Source: an uncultured Bacilli bacterium (GTDB lineage Bacteria > Bacillota_I > Bacilli_A > RF39 > UBA660). From it: a DNA stretch of 64,000 nucleotides. The stretch lies in contig CALVRM010000032.1 in the NCBI GenBank assembly GCA_944358695.1, positions 13,014-77,013 of the forward strand, read 5' to 3'. Of this stretch, positions 32,475 to 40,752 are shown piece after piece; position 1 is the stretch's first letter, and the number at the start of each line of letters is the position of its first letter. A program made the position numbers and the translations under genes. The notes under the pieces were generated by a model that made no database searches, was not told the DNA's origin, and was given only the letters and a program-made list of their open reading frames with translations.

Positions 32475-33407
32475 GTGATTATAATGTTATATTTATTTTA
32501 CGGAACTAAGCAATTTTTAATAAAGAAAGAAGTAGAAAAAATTCAAAAATCTTTTAGTTCAATTAATATTAGTATCTATGATTTAGATAATGATTTAACT
32601 AGAGATGCTATTGAAGATTGTCAAACAATTTCTTTATTCGAAGAAAAAAAACTTGTTATTTGCAATAATGCCACTATGTTTACAGGTAACAGCAATAAAG
32701 ATCTTGAGATTATTGAAGAATATTTAAAAAATCCTAATCCTAATACTATATTAATTTTTACTATCAATAGTGAAAAAATTGATGAACGTAAAAAAATCAC
32801 TAAAATAATAAAAAAAGAAGGGCAGATAACTGCTCTTAACGATAACACCAATACAATAGACTTTGTTAAAAAAGAATTTAGCGGATATAATATTTCTCTA
32901 AACAATATTCATTTATTAATTGATAGAGTAGGTGAGAACCTTTTAATACTTGAAAATGAAATAAATAAAATTAAAATATATAAAAATCAAGATCATAATA
33001 TCATTGACCAAGACATTATAAATTTAACAACAAAAACTATCGATATTGATATTTTTAAATTAATTGATTTTATTATTAAACAAAACAAAAACAAAGCTTT
33101 AGGGATTTACCATGAAATGATGAAAATAAACGAAGAGCCTATCAAAATTATTATTATGTTAGCCAACCAATTTAGAATTATGTATCAATCAAAGCAATTG
33201 TTAAAAAAAGGTCTTTCCGAAAAAGACATTGCTAATACCCTTAAAATTCATCCATATCGCGTTAAATTAGCAATTCAAAATAGCCGAAACTATGACAGCA
33301 AAACATTACTTAACTATTTATCAGAGCTAGCCGATATTGACATCGACATAAAAACTGGAAAGGTCAATAAAGATTTAGCCCTAGAGTTATTTATTTTAAA
33401 AAGTTAA
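32475..33407 (+). CDS. holA: DNA polymerase III delta subunit
   Basis: ~310 aa. The N-terminus (LYLFYGTKQFLIKKE) and C-terminal helical domain are typical of HolA. Confidence 0.75.
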   Translation: MIIMLYLFYGTKQFLIKKEVEKIQKSFSSINISIYDLDNDLTRDAIEDCQTISLFEEKKLVICNNATMFTGNSNKDLEIIEEYLKNPNPNTILIFTINSEKIDERKKITKIIKKEGQITALNDNTNTIDFVKKEFSGYNISLNNIHLLIDRVGENLLILENEINKIKIYKNQDHNIIDQDIINLTTKTIDIDIFKLIDFIIKQNKNKALGIYHEMMKINEEPIKIIIMLANQFRIMYQSKQLLKKGLSEKDIANTLKIHPYRVKLAIQNSRNYDSKTLLNYLSELADIDIDIKTGKVNKDLALELFILKS

Positions 33408-33409
33408 AT

Positions 33410-33455
33410 AAAAGGATTGTAATCCGTACAATAAAAAGCGGATCAATCCTTTTAA
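33410..33455. terminator. bidirectional terminator (interrupted long hairpin)
   Basis: AAAGGATTG ... CAATCCTTT outer stem with an inner ATCCG/CGGAT stem, between convergent holA and rarA. Confidence 0.6.
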
Positions 33456-33493
33456 TTTACATTATAATAGCGATTTAAGTTTATATAACACTT

Positions 33494-34702
33494 TCACTTA
33501 TCTTTAACAAGTTCAATTTTATCGTATATTTCTTTAATACTTCTTTCATATTTACTAGTATTTTTCGGAACATAGTATTTGCGGTTTACTAATTGGTCAG
33601 GCAAATATTGTTGTTTTACATAATTGCCTTTATAATTATGCGGATACTTATAATCTTTTGAGTTAGTTTTTATATGGTCGGGAACCTTTCCGACATTTCC
33701 TTTACGAATATCATTTAAAGCTGCATCAATCGCCATGTAAGCGCTATTACTTTTAGGTGATAAAGCCATTTCTATAACAATTTCTCCTAAGGGAATACGA
33801 GCCTCCGGTAAACCTAAGCGTTCACAAGCCATAATACACGCATTTAATCGCGGACCGATACTCGGATTAGCTAATCCAATATCTTCATAAGCGATTACAC
33901 TTAAACGCCGAAATATAATATCTAAATCTTCAGCTTCGATTAATCTAGCTAAATAATGCAAAGCCGCATCAACGTCACTTCCGCGAATAGATTTTTGTAA
34001 AGCACTAATTACGTCATAATAACCATCATCGTTTTTATCTATATACAAATTAGGTTTATTGTTTATTTTTTTTAACAACTCTAAATCGACTTTAAAATCA
34101 GAAGACGAATAATAAGCAACCTCAAGTAAATTATAAGCAAATCTTAAATCACCTCCAGCTAAAGAAGCAATATATGTAAGAGCCTCGTCATCAATAGATA
34201 GATTTTTTAAATATTTAACGCCTTTTTCAAGGCCTTCTTTAATATCCGTAATTTCTAACGGTTTAAGCTCAAAAAGTTGACATCTGCTTCTAATAGCTGG
34301 ATTGATTGAATGATAAGGATTGGCCGTAGTCATTCCGATTAAAGTAATAACACCGTTTTCTAGATAGGGGAGCAATAAGTCCTGTTTATCTTTGTTCAAA
34401 CGGTGAATTTCATCCATAATTAAAACAAATCCTTCCGATTCTTTTGCCTTTAAAACCATTTCATCGAAATCTTTTTTGCTATTTATCACCGCATTTAAAA
34501 ATCCATACTTTAAATTTAATTCATTAATAAGCGTATAAGCTAAAGTCGTTTTACCAGTACCACAAGGTCCATATAAGATCATTGAAAATAATTTCTTATG
34601 ATTAATTAAATTACGTATAACTTTATTTTCTCCAATAAGATGCTTTTGGCCAAGTATATCCGCTAAAGTGTTAGGTCTTAGTTCATCCGCAAGTGGTTTC
34701 AT
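33494..34702 (-). CDS. rarA: replication-associated recombination protein A (AAA+ ATPase)
   Basis: Walker A GPCGTGKTT, Walker B LIMDEIHR and the MgsA C-terminal domain (ISALQKSIRGSDVDAALHYLARL). Confidence 0.9.
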   Translation of the reverse strand: MKPLADELRPNTLADILGQKHLIGENKVIRNLINHKKLFSMILYGPCGTGKTTLAYTLINELNLKYGFLNAVINSKKDFDEMVLKAKESEGFVLIMDEIHRLNKDKQDLLLPYLENGVITLIGMTTANPYHSINPAIRSRCQLFELKPLEITDIKEGLEKGVKYLKNLSIDDEALTYIASLAGGDLRFAYNLLEVAYYSSSDFKVDLELLKKINNKPNLYIDKNDDGYYDVISALQKSIRGSDVDAALHYLARLIEAEDLDIIFRRLSVIAYEDIGLANPSIGPRLNACIMACERLGLPEARIPLGEIVIEMALSPKSNSAYMAIDAALNDIRKGNVGKVPDHIKTNSKDYKYPHNYKGNYVKQQYLPDQLVNRKYYVPKNTSKYERSIKEIYDKIELVKDK

Positions 34703-34749
34703 AAACATCACCTAATAAAACTCTTGCTAAATAAAATTACTTTACCTAA

Positions 34750-36204
34750 CAAGGTGGTTTCCTTTCCTTATAATTGTATCATACTTCTACCATTTTTTGA
34801 TAAATTTTATTTAAACATTCTTGATTTAATTCACTAGGGTGTTCGTAAGGGACACCCTTTGATAATATATTATATATGATATTTATTATTCTTCGCATGA
34901 CACAAGTTAAGGCTTGTCTTTTTGTTTTGCCATCTTCTATCTTTTTATAATAATATTCTAAAAAGATAGGATTATGGGGATTATTACTGCCTTTGCCTGT
35001 GCATATACTTCGGCAAGCTAAATAATATATGTAACCGTTTAGTTTTCTGTTGCCATATTCGTTACGTACTGTTTTGTCGTGATTACCACTTGAAAAGTTG
35101 ACTGGGGCAACTCCGCAGTATCTAGCTAGTTTAGAGGAATTAGAAAATCTTTTAATATTTCCTATTTCTGATATTATTTCCGCACTTGTTATTTTGGTTA
35201 AGCCAATAAAGGTATGTAGTTTTACATCTAATTTGTCGTATAATTTTATTATCTCTTTCTCAAAGTCTTTTAATTGTTCGTTATTCGTTTTTATATTTCT
35301 AACTATTGTTCTTATTAACATATTTCGATTATCTTCATATATAGTGTCTTATAATCATAGTTTTTGATAAGATTTAGTATTGTATTGGCTTTGGTTATTG
35401 GAAATTTCCCTTTGGTAGTTAAACTTTCTTTTAACTCTTCTGCTGATAGTTCTTTAATCATATTAGGACTAGGATATGTTTCCCAAAAATCTAAAGCTGA
35501 TATGTGGTCTATTTTAGAAAAGAATTCTTTGTAGTTGGGATAATGATGTAATAGTTGAGCATGAAGTTTGTTTTTTAGTTTTACATTAGTGTTTGCCAAA
35601 GTAGTTTTCATTTTTATAAGTTGTTTTAAAGTCCAATATATCTCATCATCTTTAGCGTCGGGTAAATGGTCTAATTCGTCCAAAGTTACTTTAGCAATAC
35701 ATTCAGCATCTAATTCATCGGTCTTATCAATAATCGGATGTTTTTTTCGTTCGTTGTAAGTGTAGTTAGAATTTACGTGTTTTACTATTTGATTATGAGA
35801 AAGTAAGAAACTACACAAAGTATGCCCTAGATGTTTTGTATCTTCTAAACCAAATACTGCTTTAACTTCTTTACTTGTATATTTTAATACCATATCTAAT
35901 AATTTATTAAAATCCTCTTTTGTATTTTTAAAAGTTAATGTGTCTAGTTTATCATTAAATGGGCTGATGACCACAGCGGTATGTGAGGCTTTATGACAAT
36001 CAATTCCAACATATATAAAACCTAACTTACGGTGGTTATAAAAGTTCATTGTATCACGTTCCTTTCTTTAATAGATAAATATAATAAGATATAATCCAAG
36101 ACACTCTTAGCATTAGCATTAGTGGCTTTTGGAAATTTTCGCGCCCCAAAAGCCACCTGCAACAGTTGGGTAGTCAGTTAATTATAACTTTTTATATTAT
36201 CTTG
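34750..36204 (-). mobile_element. IS110-family insertion sequence (boundaries approximate)
   Basis: Transposase reading frames span 34779-36049, with a ~155-bp non-coding 5' end carrying a strong hairpin. I could not identify terminal repeats, as expected for IS110, so the ends are not resolved. Confidence 0.45.
34779..36049 (-). pseudogene. IS110-family transposase split by a frameshift near 35318-35349
   Basis: N-terminal ORF 35315-36049 carries the DEDD-type start YVGIDCHKASH. C-terminal ORF 34779-35321 carries the Transposase_20 motif SEIGNIKRFSNSSKLARYCGVAPVNFSSG...GNRKLN. The two frames overlap and join with a 1-nt shift. Confidence 0.8.
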
Positions 36205-36396
36205 TTATGATAATTGCTTACATATTGTTTTGATTTCATCGGCTTCTTCTTTGGTTATCTTTATTAGAACAAGCATATTGTTTTCAAAAACCACTTCAAA
36301 CTTGTCACCAATATCAAACCCTTTTTCTTTAAGCCATTTACCAGTTATCTTAATGGCTGGTCGTTCATTTATTTCTGTTACGGTATAGATTTTCAT
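36205..36396 (-). CDS. SymE-like type I toxin (AbrB/SpoVT-fold)
   Basis: 63 aa. AIKITGKWLKEKGFDIGDKFEVVFENNMLVL matches the SymE-family core pattern (L.G.WL...GF..G..V.V....L.I). Confidence 0.65.
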   Translation of the reverse strand: MKIYTVTEINERPAIKITGKWLKEKGFDIGDKFEVVFENNMLVLIKITKEEADEIKTICKQLS

Positions 36397-36440
36397 ATAT
36401 AAAAACTCCTTTCTGAAAGTTTTGGCTACTTAAAATAGGC

Positions 36441-36480
36441 ATTATACCACTAGTATTAATATGACCTAGTCATATCTACA
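36441..36480 (-). promoter_or_regulatory. extended -10 promoter for the symE-like gene with upstream palindrome
   Basis: The minus strand reads TGgTATAAT (36441-36449). The palindrome ATATGAC-cta-GTCATAT at 36459-36475 covers the -35 region. Confidence 0.5.
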
Positions 36481-36599
36481 AGAGTTTTAAAATAGCCATT
36501 TTTTATCCAAGCTTTCGCTTGTACTCGATTTTTTTCATATTAGGTTTTAATTGTCAATACTTTTTTTCAACTATTTTATAAAAAAACAAACCTTATTCT
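36442..36599. repeat. inverted repeat IR-A, left copy (158 bp)
   Basis: Reverse complement of 38073-38231 with 2 substitutions and one T-run indel, by my manual alignment. Confidence 0.9.
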
Positions 36600-36618
36600 T
36601 CGCATGAATAAAGTTTGT
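36578..36618 (-). terminator. rho-independent terminator of the DUF285 gene
   Basis: The minus strand reads ACAAACTTTATTC-atgcgaa-GAATAAGGTTTGT followed by TTTTTTT. Half of the stem lies inside IR-A. Confidence 0.7.
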
Positions 36619-36643
36619 ATCTCTAATAATTTATTTTATTATA

Positions 36644-37726
36644 TTAACATTGACCTGTGGTTACTTCTGACACTCCACTACCTGCAAATATATTAGTAGT
36701 ATCAGCATTTTCTGTTGTCCAGTTATCTCCAACATATACTACTTCTAATTTTGGATTAGCTCCAAACATCGAATTCATATTAATAACATTACTTGTATCA
36801 AATGAACATAAATTAAGAGTAGTTAAATTTATTTTACAAAACATGAAATCCATTTTTATAACATTGCTTGTATCAAAATTACTTACATCTAAAGAACTAA
36901 GACTCTCACAATTAGAAAACATACTTCGCATATCAGTAACTTGGCTTGTATCAAAATTACTTACATCTATCTCACTTAAGCTAGTACATTCTTGAAACAT
37001 TGAAGTCATTACAGTAACATTACTTGTATTAAACTTACTTACATCAATAGATGTTAATTTATAGCATCGTCCAAACATCCCAAACATATTTGTAACATTA
37101 CTTGTATTAAAACTAGTTAAATCAATACTTTCAATTACCCGGCAATCACAAAACATATTATTCATATCAATCACATTTGAAGTATTAAAAAAATTCAAAT
37201 CTAATTTTAATAAATTTAGACATTCGCCAAACATATGATTCATGTAAATTACATTCTCAGTATCAAAATTATTATTAAAATTTATTTCCTTTGTTCCTGT
37301 AAACTGGTAAAACAAATACCCACTATTCTCATTAGCTATTACCCCGTTTTTAGCTCCAATATATAAATCATATTTTGCATTATCTTCATTATTTGGAACA
37401 ACATAAGCCATAACTCCGCCTTTACCTTCTTCTGATACATCCCAACTTTCAGTTGCATTATCTGGCACTTTATTATTATCTAAAAAAGTCACGGATACTA
37501 TATTTTCCTTGTAATAATCGGTGTGAAAATCTTCATTACTTGTGTTAGACCAACTTTGGATAACTTTGCTTTGCTCTTTTATATTTCCTTTGGCAGTTAT
37601 GCTTAGGTTTGTTTGAAAGGCGGCATAACCTGCCGTCATTACAAACAATAAGCATAACACACTCATTATTACTACTTTCTTTTGTTTACTTCTTCTTTCT
37701 TTTCTTGTTAATCTTCTTTTTCGCAC
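36644..37726 (-). CDS. BspA-like leucine-rich repeat surface protein (DUF285 repeats)
   Basis: Basic N-terminus, a TM/signal segment, then ~7 tandem repeats of the pattern F.TSNV..M..MF..C..L..ID(L/V)S.F. Confidence 0.75.
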   Translation of the reverse strand: MRKRRLTRKERRSKQKKVVIMSVLCLLFVMTAGYAAFQTNLSITAKGNIKEQSKVIQSWSNTSNEDFHTDYYKENIVSVTFLDNNKVPDNATESWDVSEEGKGGVMAYVVPNNEDNAKYDLYIGAKNGVIANENSGYLFYQFTGTKEINFNNNFDTENVIYMNHMFGECLNLLKLDLNFFNTSNVIDMNNMFCDCRVIESIDLTSFNTSNVTNMFGMFGRCYKLTSIDVSKFNTSNVTVMTSMFQECTSLSEIDVSNFDTSQVTDMRSMFSNCESLSSLDVSNFDTSNVIKMDFMFCKINLTTLNLCSFDTSNVINMNSMFGANPKLEVVYVGDNWTTENADTTNIFAGSGVSEVTTGQC

Positions 37727-37858
37727 AATATCTTACTCCTTGCTTATTAAACTCGTATATATTTGTTTTCATTATATCATATTTTACACAATTTGTACTA
37801 CAATTCGTGTAACTTACTATTTGTAGTACAAAAAAATATAATTTTAAGTAGAGGTGAT

Positions 37859-38056
37859 ATGATGAAAAATTTTGAACTACCTAATATTGAAGATGAACAA
37901 ACTGTATTAAAGACTATTAGAATTAAATTAGCAACTTTAAAAAAAGTAGAAGAAGTTTCAAAAGAAAGCAATTTATCTATTAATAGAATTATTAATGAGT
38001 GTATTGAGTTTGCACTTAACAACTTAAATGACACACCACTAAAAAAGAATAAATAA
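37859..38056 (+). CDS. ribbon-helix-helix (CopG/Arc-like) small regulator
   Basis: KTIRIKLATLKKVEEVSKESNLSINRIINECIEFALNNL fits a beta-strand/helix/helix RHH pattern. A GAGGTG SD precedes it. Divergent from the DUF285 gene. Confidence 0.5.
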   Translation: MMKNFELPNIEDEQTVLKTIRIKLATLKKVEEVSKESNLSINRIINECIEFALNNLNDTPLKKNK

Positions 38057-38072
38057 GGTTTAAGCAATAATC

Positions 38073-38231
38073 AGAATAAGGTTTGTTTTTTTATAAAATA
38101 GTTGAAAAAAAGTATTGACAATTAAAACCTAATATGAAAAAAATCGAGTACAAGCGAAAGCTTGGATAAAAAAATGGCTATTTTAATACTCTTGTAGATA
38201 TGACTAGGTCATATTAATACTAGTGATATAA
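38073..38231. repeat. inverted repeat IR-A, right copy (159 bp)
   Basis: See the left copy. Its outer end overlaps IR-B by 8 bp (TGATATAA). Confidence 0.9.
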
Positions 38232-38328
38232 TTGGGCAAATCATTTCTACCCACGATTAACACCAACATCAAAATAATCCCTCTAGGTCAGACCTAGAGG
38301 GATTTTCTCACGCCATGACTTGCCACGT
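38224..38328. repeat. inverted repeat IR-B, left copy (105 bp, perfect)
   Basis: Exact reverse complement of 38899-39003 by manual comparison. Confidence 0.9.
38239..38307 (+). ncRNA. candidate ~70-nt small RNA, copy 1 (promoter-to-terminator unit inside IR-B)
   Basis: Extended -10 TGaTATAAT at 38224-38232. Terminator AATCCCTCTAGG-tcaga-CCTAGAGGGATT followed by TTTT at 38276-38306. There is no ATG in between. Confidence 0.45.
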
Positions 38329-38898
38329 AAACTTGAAACTAATGCAAGTTTATTTTAAGATTATTAATATATAAATTCATAAAAACATTATCATTATATT
38401 TTATATTTAAAAAATGTTTTTATGAATACTAATAAAGTGTTAATAAACTTGCTCCGCACTCCGTGCGTTTGAAAAATTGAAATGTTTAAAACGTATTAAC
38501 TTTATGCGCCACTTCTTTAATAATATTAAATGATATAGGCACATAAAGAAGATAGCTAATATTTATTATTAACTAAAATAATCACTAGCAATATATAAGT
38601 AAAATAAAAATATATTAAAGTTTAATAAATTATAAAAATTATTATATTCTTACATTTTAAGCTAGTGTTATAACGTGTAATTTTTCAATTTAGTTGTAAA
38701 GTTTAATTTGTATTGAAAATTGTAAGTTATCATTATTTATTATAAATGAAGAAACAACTTACAATTTTAATTTTCCAAATATCATAATTATTATTTAAAA
38801 AGAAAAGATTTTGGAAAATTCAATACAAATGGGTGTTCACAATTTTTTCTGATTATCCTTATTTAATATTAGGAAAAATCAGAAAAAAATAAGAACAC

Positions 38899-39003
38899 AC
38901 GTGGCAAGTCATGGCGTGAGAAAATCCCTCTAGGTCTGACCTAGAGGGATTATTTTGATGTTGGTGTTAATCGTGGGTAGAAATGATTTGCCCAATTATA
39001 TCA
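38899..39003. repeat. inverted repeat IR-B, right copy (105 bp, perfect)
   Basis: Exact reverse complement of 38224-38328. Confidence 0.9.
38920..38988 (-). ncRNA. candidate ~70-nt small RNA, copy 2 (convergent with copy 1)
   Basis: Mirror image of copy 1, with the -10 at 38995-39000 on the minus strand and the same terminator hairpin. Confidence 0.4.
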
Positions 39004-39036
39004 TAAATCGTATTAAAAAAGCGAATATATTTTCGC

Positions 39037-39708
39037 TTATATGTACATATCTTCAAATATGATATATTTATTCAGATCCTTTTTTTCCAAATCTTCAATT
39101 CCTAGAACAACTGTTGCATAATAGTCTTCATTAATCTCATAAAAAGCATAAGTCACTCTATACGATAATCCTAATTCTTTATAATCGATATAAAATACTT
39201 TAAAATTTTTGCCATTGATTTTTGTCGTGTATTCAGTTAGCTTAGTGTCATCAGCATATTGTGTATCATAAATATTTTTTATTCGTTTTTTTTCGTTATT
39301 ATAATAATCGTCATAAGCATAATCGATATAATATATTAAATAGTCACCAAATATATTATCATATTCCTTATAATCATCAGTATTATCACCCGATTCAAAA
39401 TATCCACTAGGTAGCTTAAACGATAATTGTGTATCGTCTAGATTTAAATCAACATATCCAGTGTTATGAGATTCAGTCGCCTCAAGGTTATTATCAACAT
39501 AAGTCACTAGTAATGCAGAAAAAAATATAAAAATAAATCCTAAAATAACAACAAATACTCCGCCAATAACTATCCCAACAATAGCTCCAGTACTCATTCC
39601 TTGACGTTTTGGCGTAGAAATTTGATAAGTAGGGTACAACAAATGTCCGCAATTATAACAAAATTTAGAATCTTCTTGATTTTTTGTACCACAATTTTCA
39701 CAAAACAT
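39037..39708 (-). CDS. zinc-ribbon membrane protein
   Basis: N-terminal CENCG...CYNCG zinc ribbon, one TM (GAIVGIVIGGVFVVILGFIFIFF) and an extracytoplasmic Tyr/Asp-rich domain. Confidence 0.6.
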   Translation of the reverse strand: MFCENCGTKNQEDSKFCYNCGHLLYPTYQISTPKRQGMSTGAIVGIVIGGVFVVILGFIFIFFSALLVTYVDNNLEATESHNTGYVDLNLDDTQLSFKLPSGYFESGDNTDDYKEYDNIFGDYLIYYIDYAYDDYYNNEKKRIKNIYDTQYADDTKLTEYTTKINGKNFKVFYIDYKELGLSYRVTYAFYEINEDYYATVVLGIEDLEKKDLNKYIIFEDMYI

Positions 39709-39835
39709 ACTTTCACCGTCCCTTAAATATTAATTAAATTATATCACACAATCGTAAAAAAAGTCATAATAACTACTAAAAAGTAGTAATTTGAATTTTC
39801 TTAATCATTCTGTTAAAATTTAATATGGTGATATT

Positions 39836-40729
39836 GTGAAAAACGAATATGAAAAAAAAATTGAAGATTTTGAAAATTATTTGTTACTAGAAAAAAAATA
39901 TAGTAAAAATACAATAAGCTCATACGAAAATGACCTTCAAAAATTTAAAATTTTTTTCGTAGAAAAGCAAAAAACACTTAAAAATTTAAATAATAATGAT
40001 CTTAAAAATTATATTCATAATCTCAATCAAAAAATGAATGCTAAAAGTGTATCACGAAACATCAGTACGTTAAAAAGCTTTTATAAATTTTTAATGATCG
40101 AAAAATACATTAATAAAAACCCTTTAACAACTATTGCTAACCCAAAAATAAAAAAGGATTTACCCAAAGTTCTTTCGGAAGAAGAAATAATAAAACTATT
40201 AGATTTTAAAGTTAAAGATAATTATGGCTATCGCAATAAAGCAATGATCGAACTTATGTATAGTAGTGGTCTTCGAGTAAGTGAATTAATTAATGTTAAA
40301 ATAACTGATATTGATTTAGAATTAGAAGTCATTAGAATCTTTGGAAAAGGAGCAAAGGAGCGAATTATTCCCCTAGGTGCTTACGCTAGTATGGCCTTAA
40401 AAGAATACATCACATATCACCGAGGAAGTCTTTTAAAAAAGAAAAATAGTGATTATTTGTTTTTAAATAGCCGTGGCGATAAAATGACTAGACAAGCCTT
40501 TTTTAAAATATTAAAAAAAATTGCTAAAGAACAGGGAATTAAAACTGAATTTTCACCTCATACTCTAAGGCATTCATTCGCAACGCATCTTTTAAAGCAT
40601 GGCGCTGATCTAAGAAGTATTCAAGAACTATTAGGGCATAGTGACGTTTCCTCAACGCAAATATATACACATATAACTAATGAAGCCCTTAAAGAAAACT
40701 ATAAAAATTCTCATCCTCATGGAAATTGA
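39836..40729 (+). CDS. xerD: tyrosine recombinase, XerD-type
   Basis: 297 aa with an N-terminal core-binding domain (YSKNTISSYENDLQKF). Catalytic motifs are GLRVSEL and HTLRHSFATHLLKHGADLRSIQELLGHSDVSSTQIYTH. Confidence 0.75.
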   Translation: MKNEYEKKIEDFENYLLLEKKYSKNTISSYENDLQKFKIFFVEKQKTLKNLNNNDLKNYIHNLNQKMNAKSVSRNISTLKSFYKFLMIEKYINKNPLTTIANPKIKKDLPKVLSEEEIIKLLDFKVKDNYGYRNKAMIELMYSSGLRVSELINVKITDIDLELEVIRIFGKGAKERIIPLGAYASMALKEYITYHRGSLLKKKNSDYLFLNSRGDKMTRQAFFKILKKIAKEQGIKTEFSPHTLRHSFATHLLKHGADLRSIQELLGHSDVSSTQIYTHITNEALKENYKNSHPHGN

Positions 40730-40752
40730 TATTTTAAGGAAGTGAAGATACT

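Noticed and set aside
35300-35360. Programmed ribosomal frameshift joining the two IS110 transposase ORFs.
   Set aside because: IS110-family transposases are normally single ORFs, and I see no slippery heptamer (A AAA AAG type) in the overlap. A mutation or sequencing indel is more likely.
38115-38140. The TTGACA hexamer inside IR-A (also at 36551-36556 on the other strand) as a strong internal promoter, with the 11-codon ORF ATGAAAAAAATCGAG... downstream.
   Set aside because: No acceptable -10 lies at 16-18 bp spacing (TAATAT lies only 9 bp away). The mini-ORF has no SD.
38329-38898. Possible CRISPR array or tandem-repeat locus in the ORF-free AT-rich region.
   Set aside because: The repeats are inverted, forming hairpins. 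They are not regularly spaced direct repeats with unique spacers, and there are no cas genes nearby.
38958-39062. Small ORFs readable from the IR-B copies as possible type I toxins. Examples are MLVLIVGRNDLPNYI... (34 aa on the plus strand at the right copy, 21 aa at the left copy) and MTCHV... peptides downstream of the terminators.
   Set aside because: The two copies give different C-termini, and the hydrophobic stretch is too short for a membrane toxin. No promoter faces these frames, and the apparent SD is simply one arm of the terminator hairpin.
39836-40729. The XerD-type recombinase as a dedicated invertase for the IR-A or IR-B segments (Mycoplasma-style phase variation).
   Set aside because: The protein looks like a canonical full-length XerD. 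Inverting either segment would not obviously uncouple a promoter from a gene. The idea is kept only as a read-level check under the IR findings.
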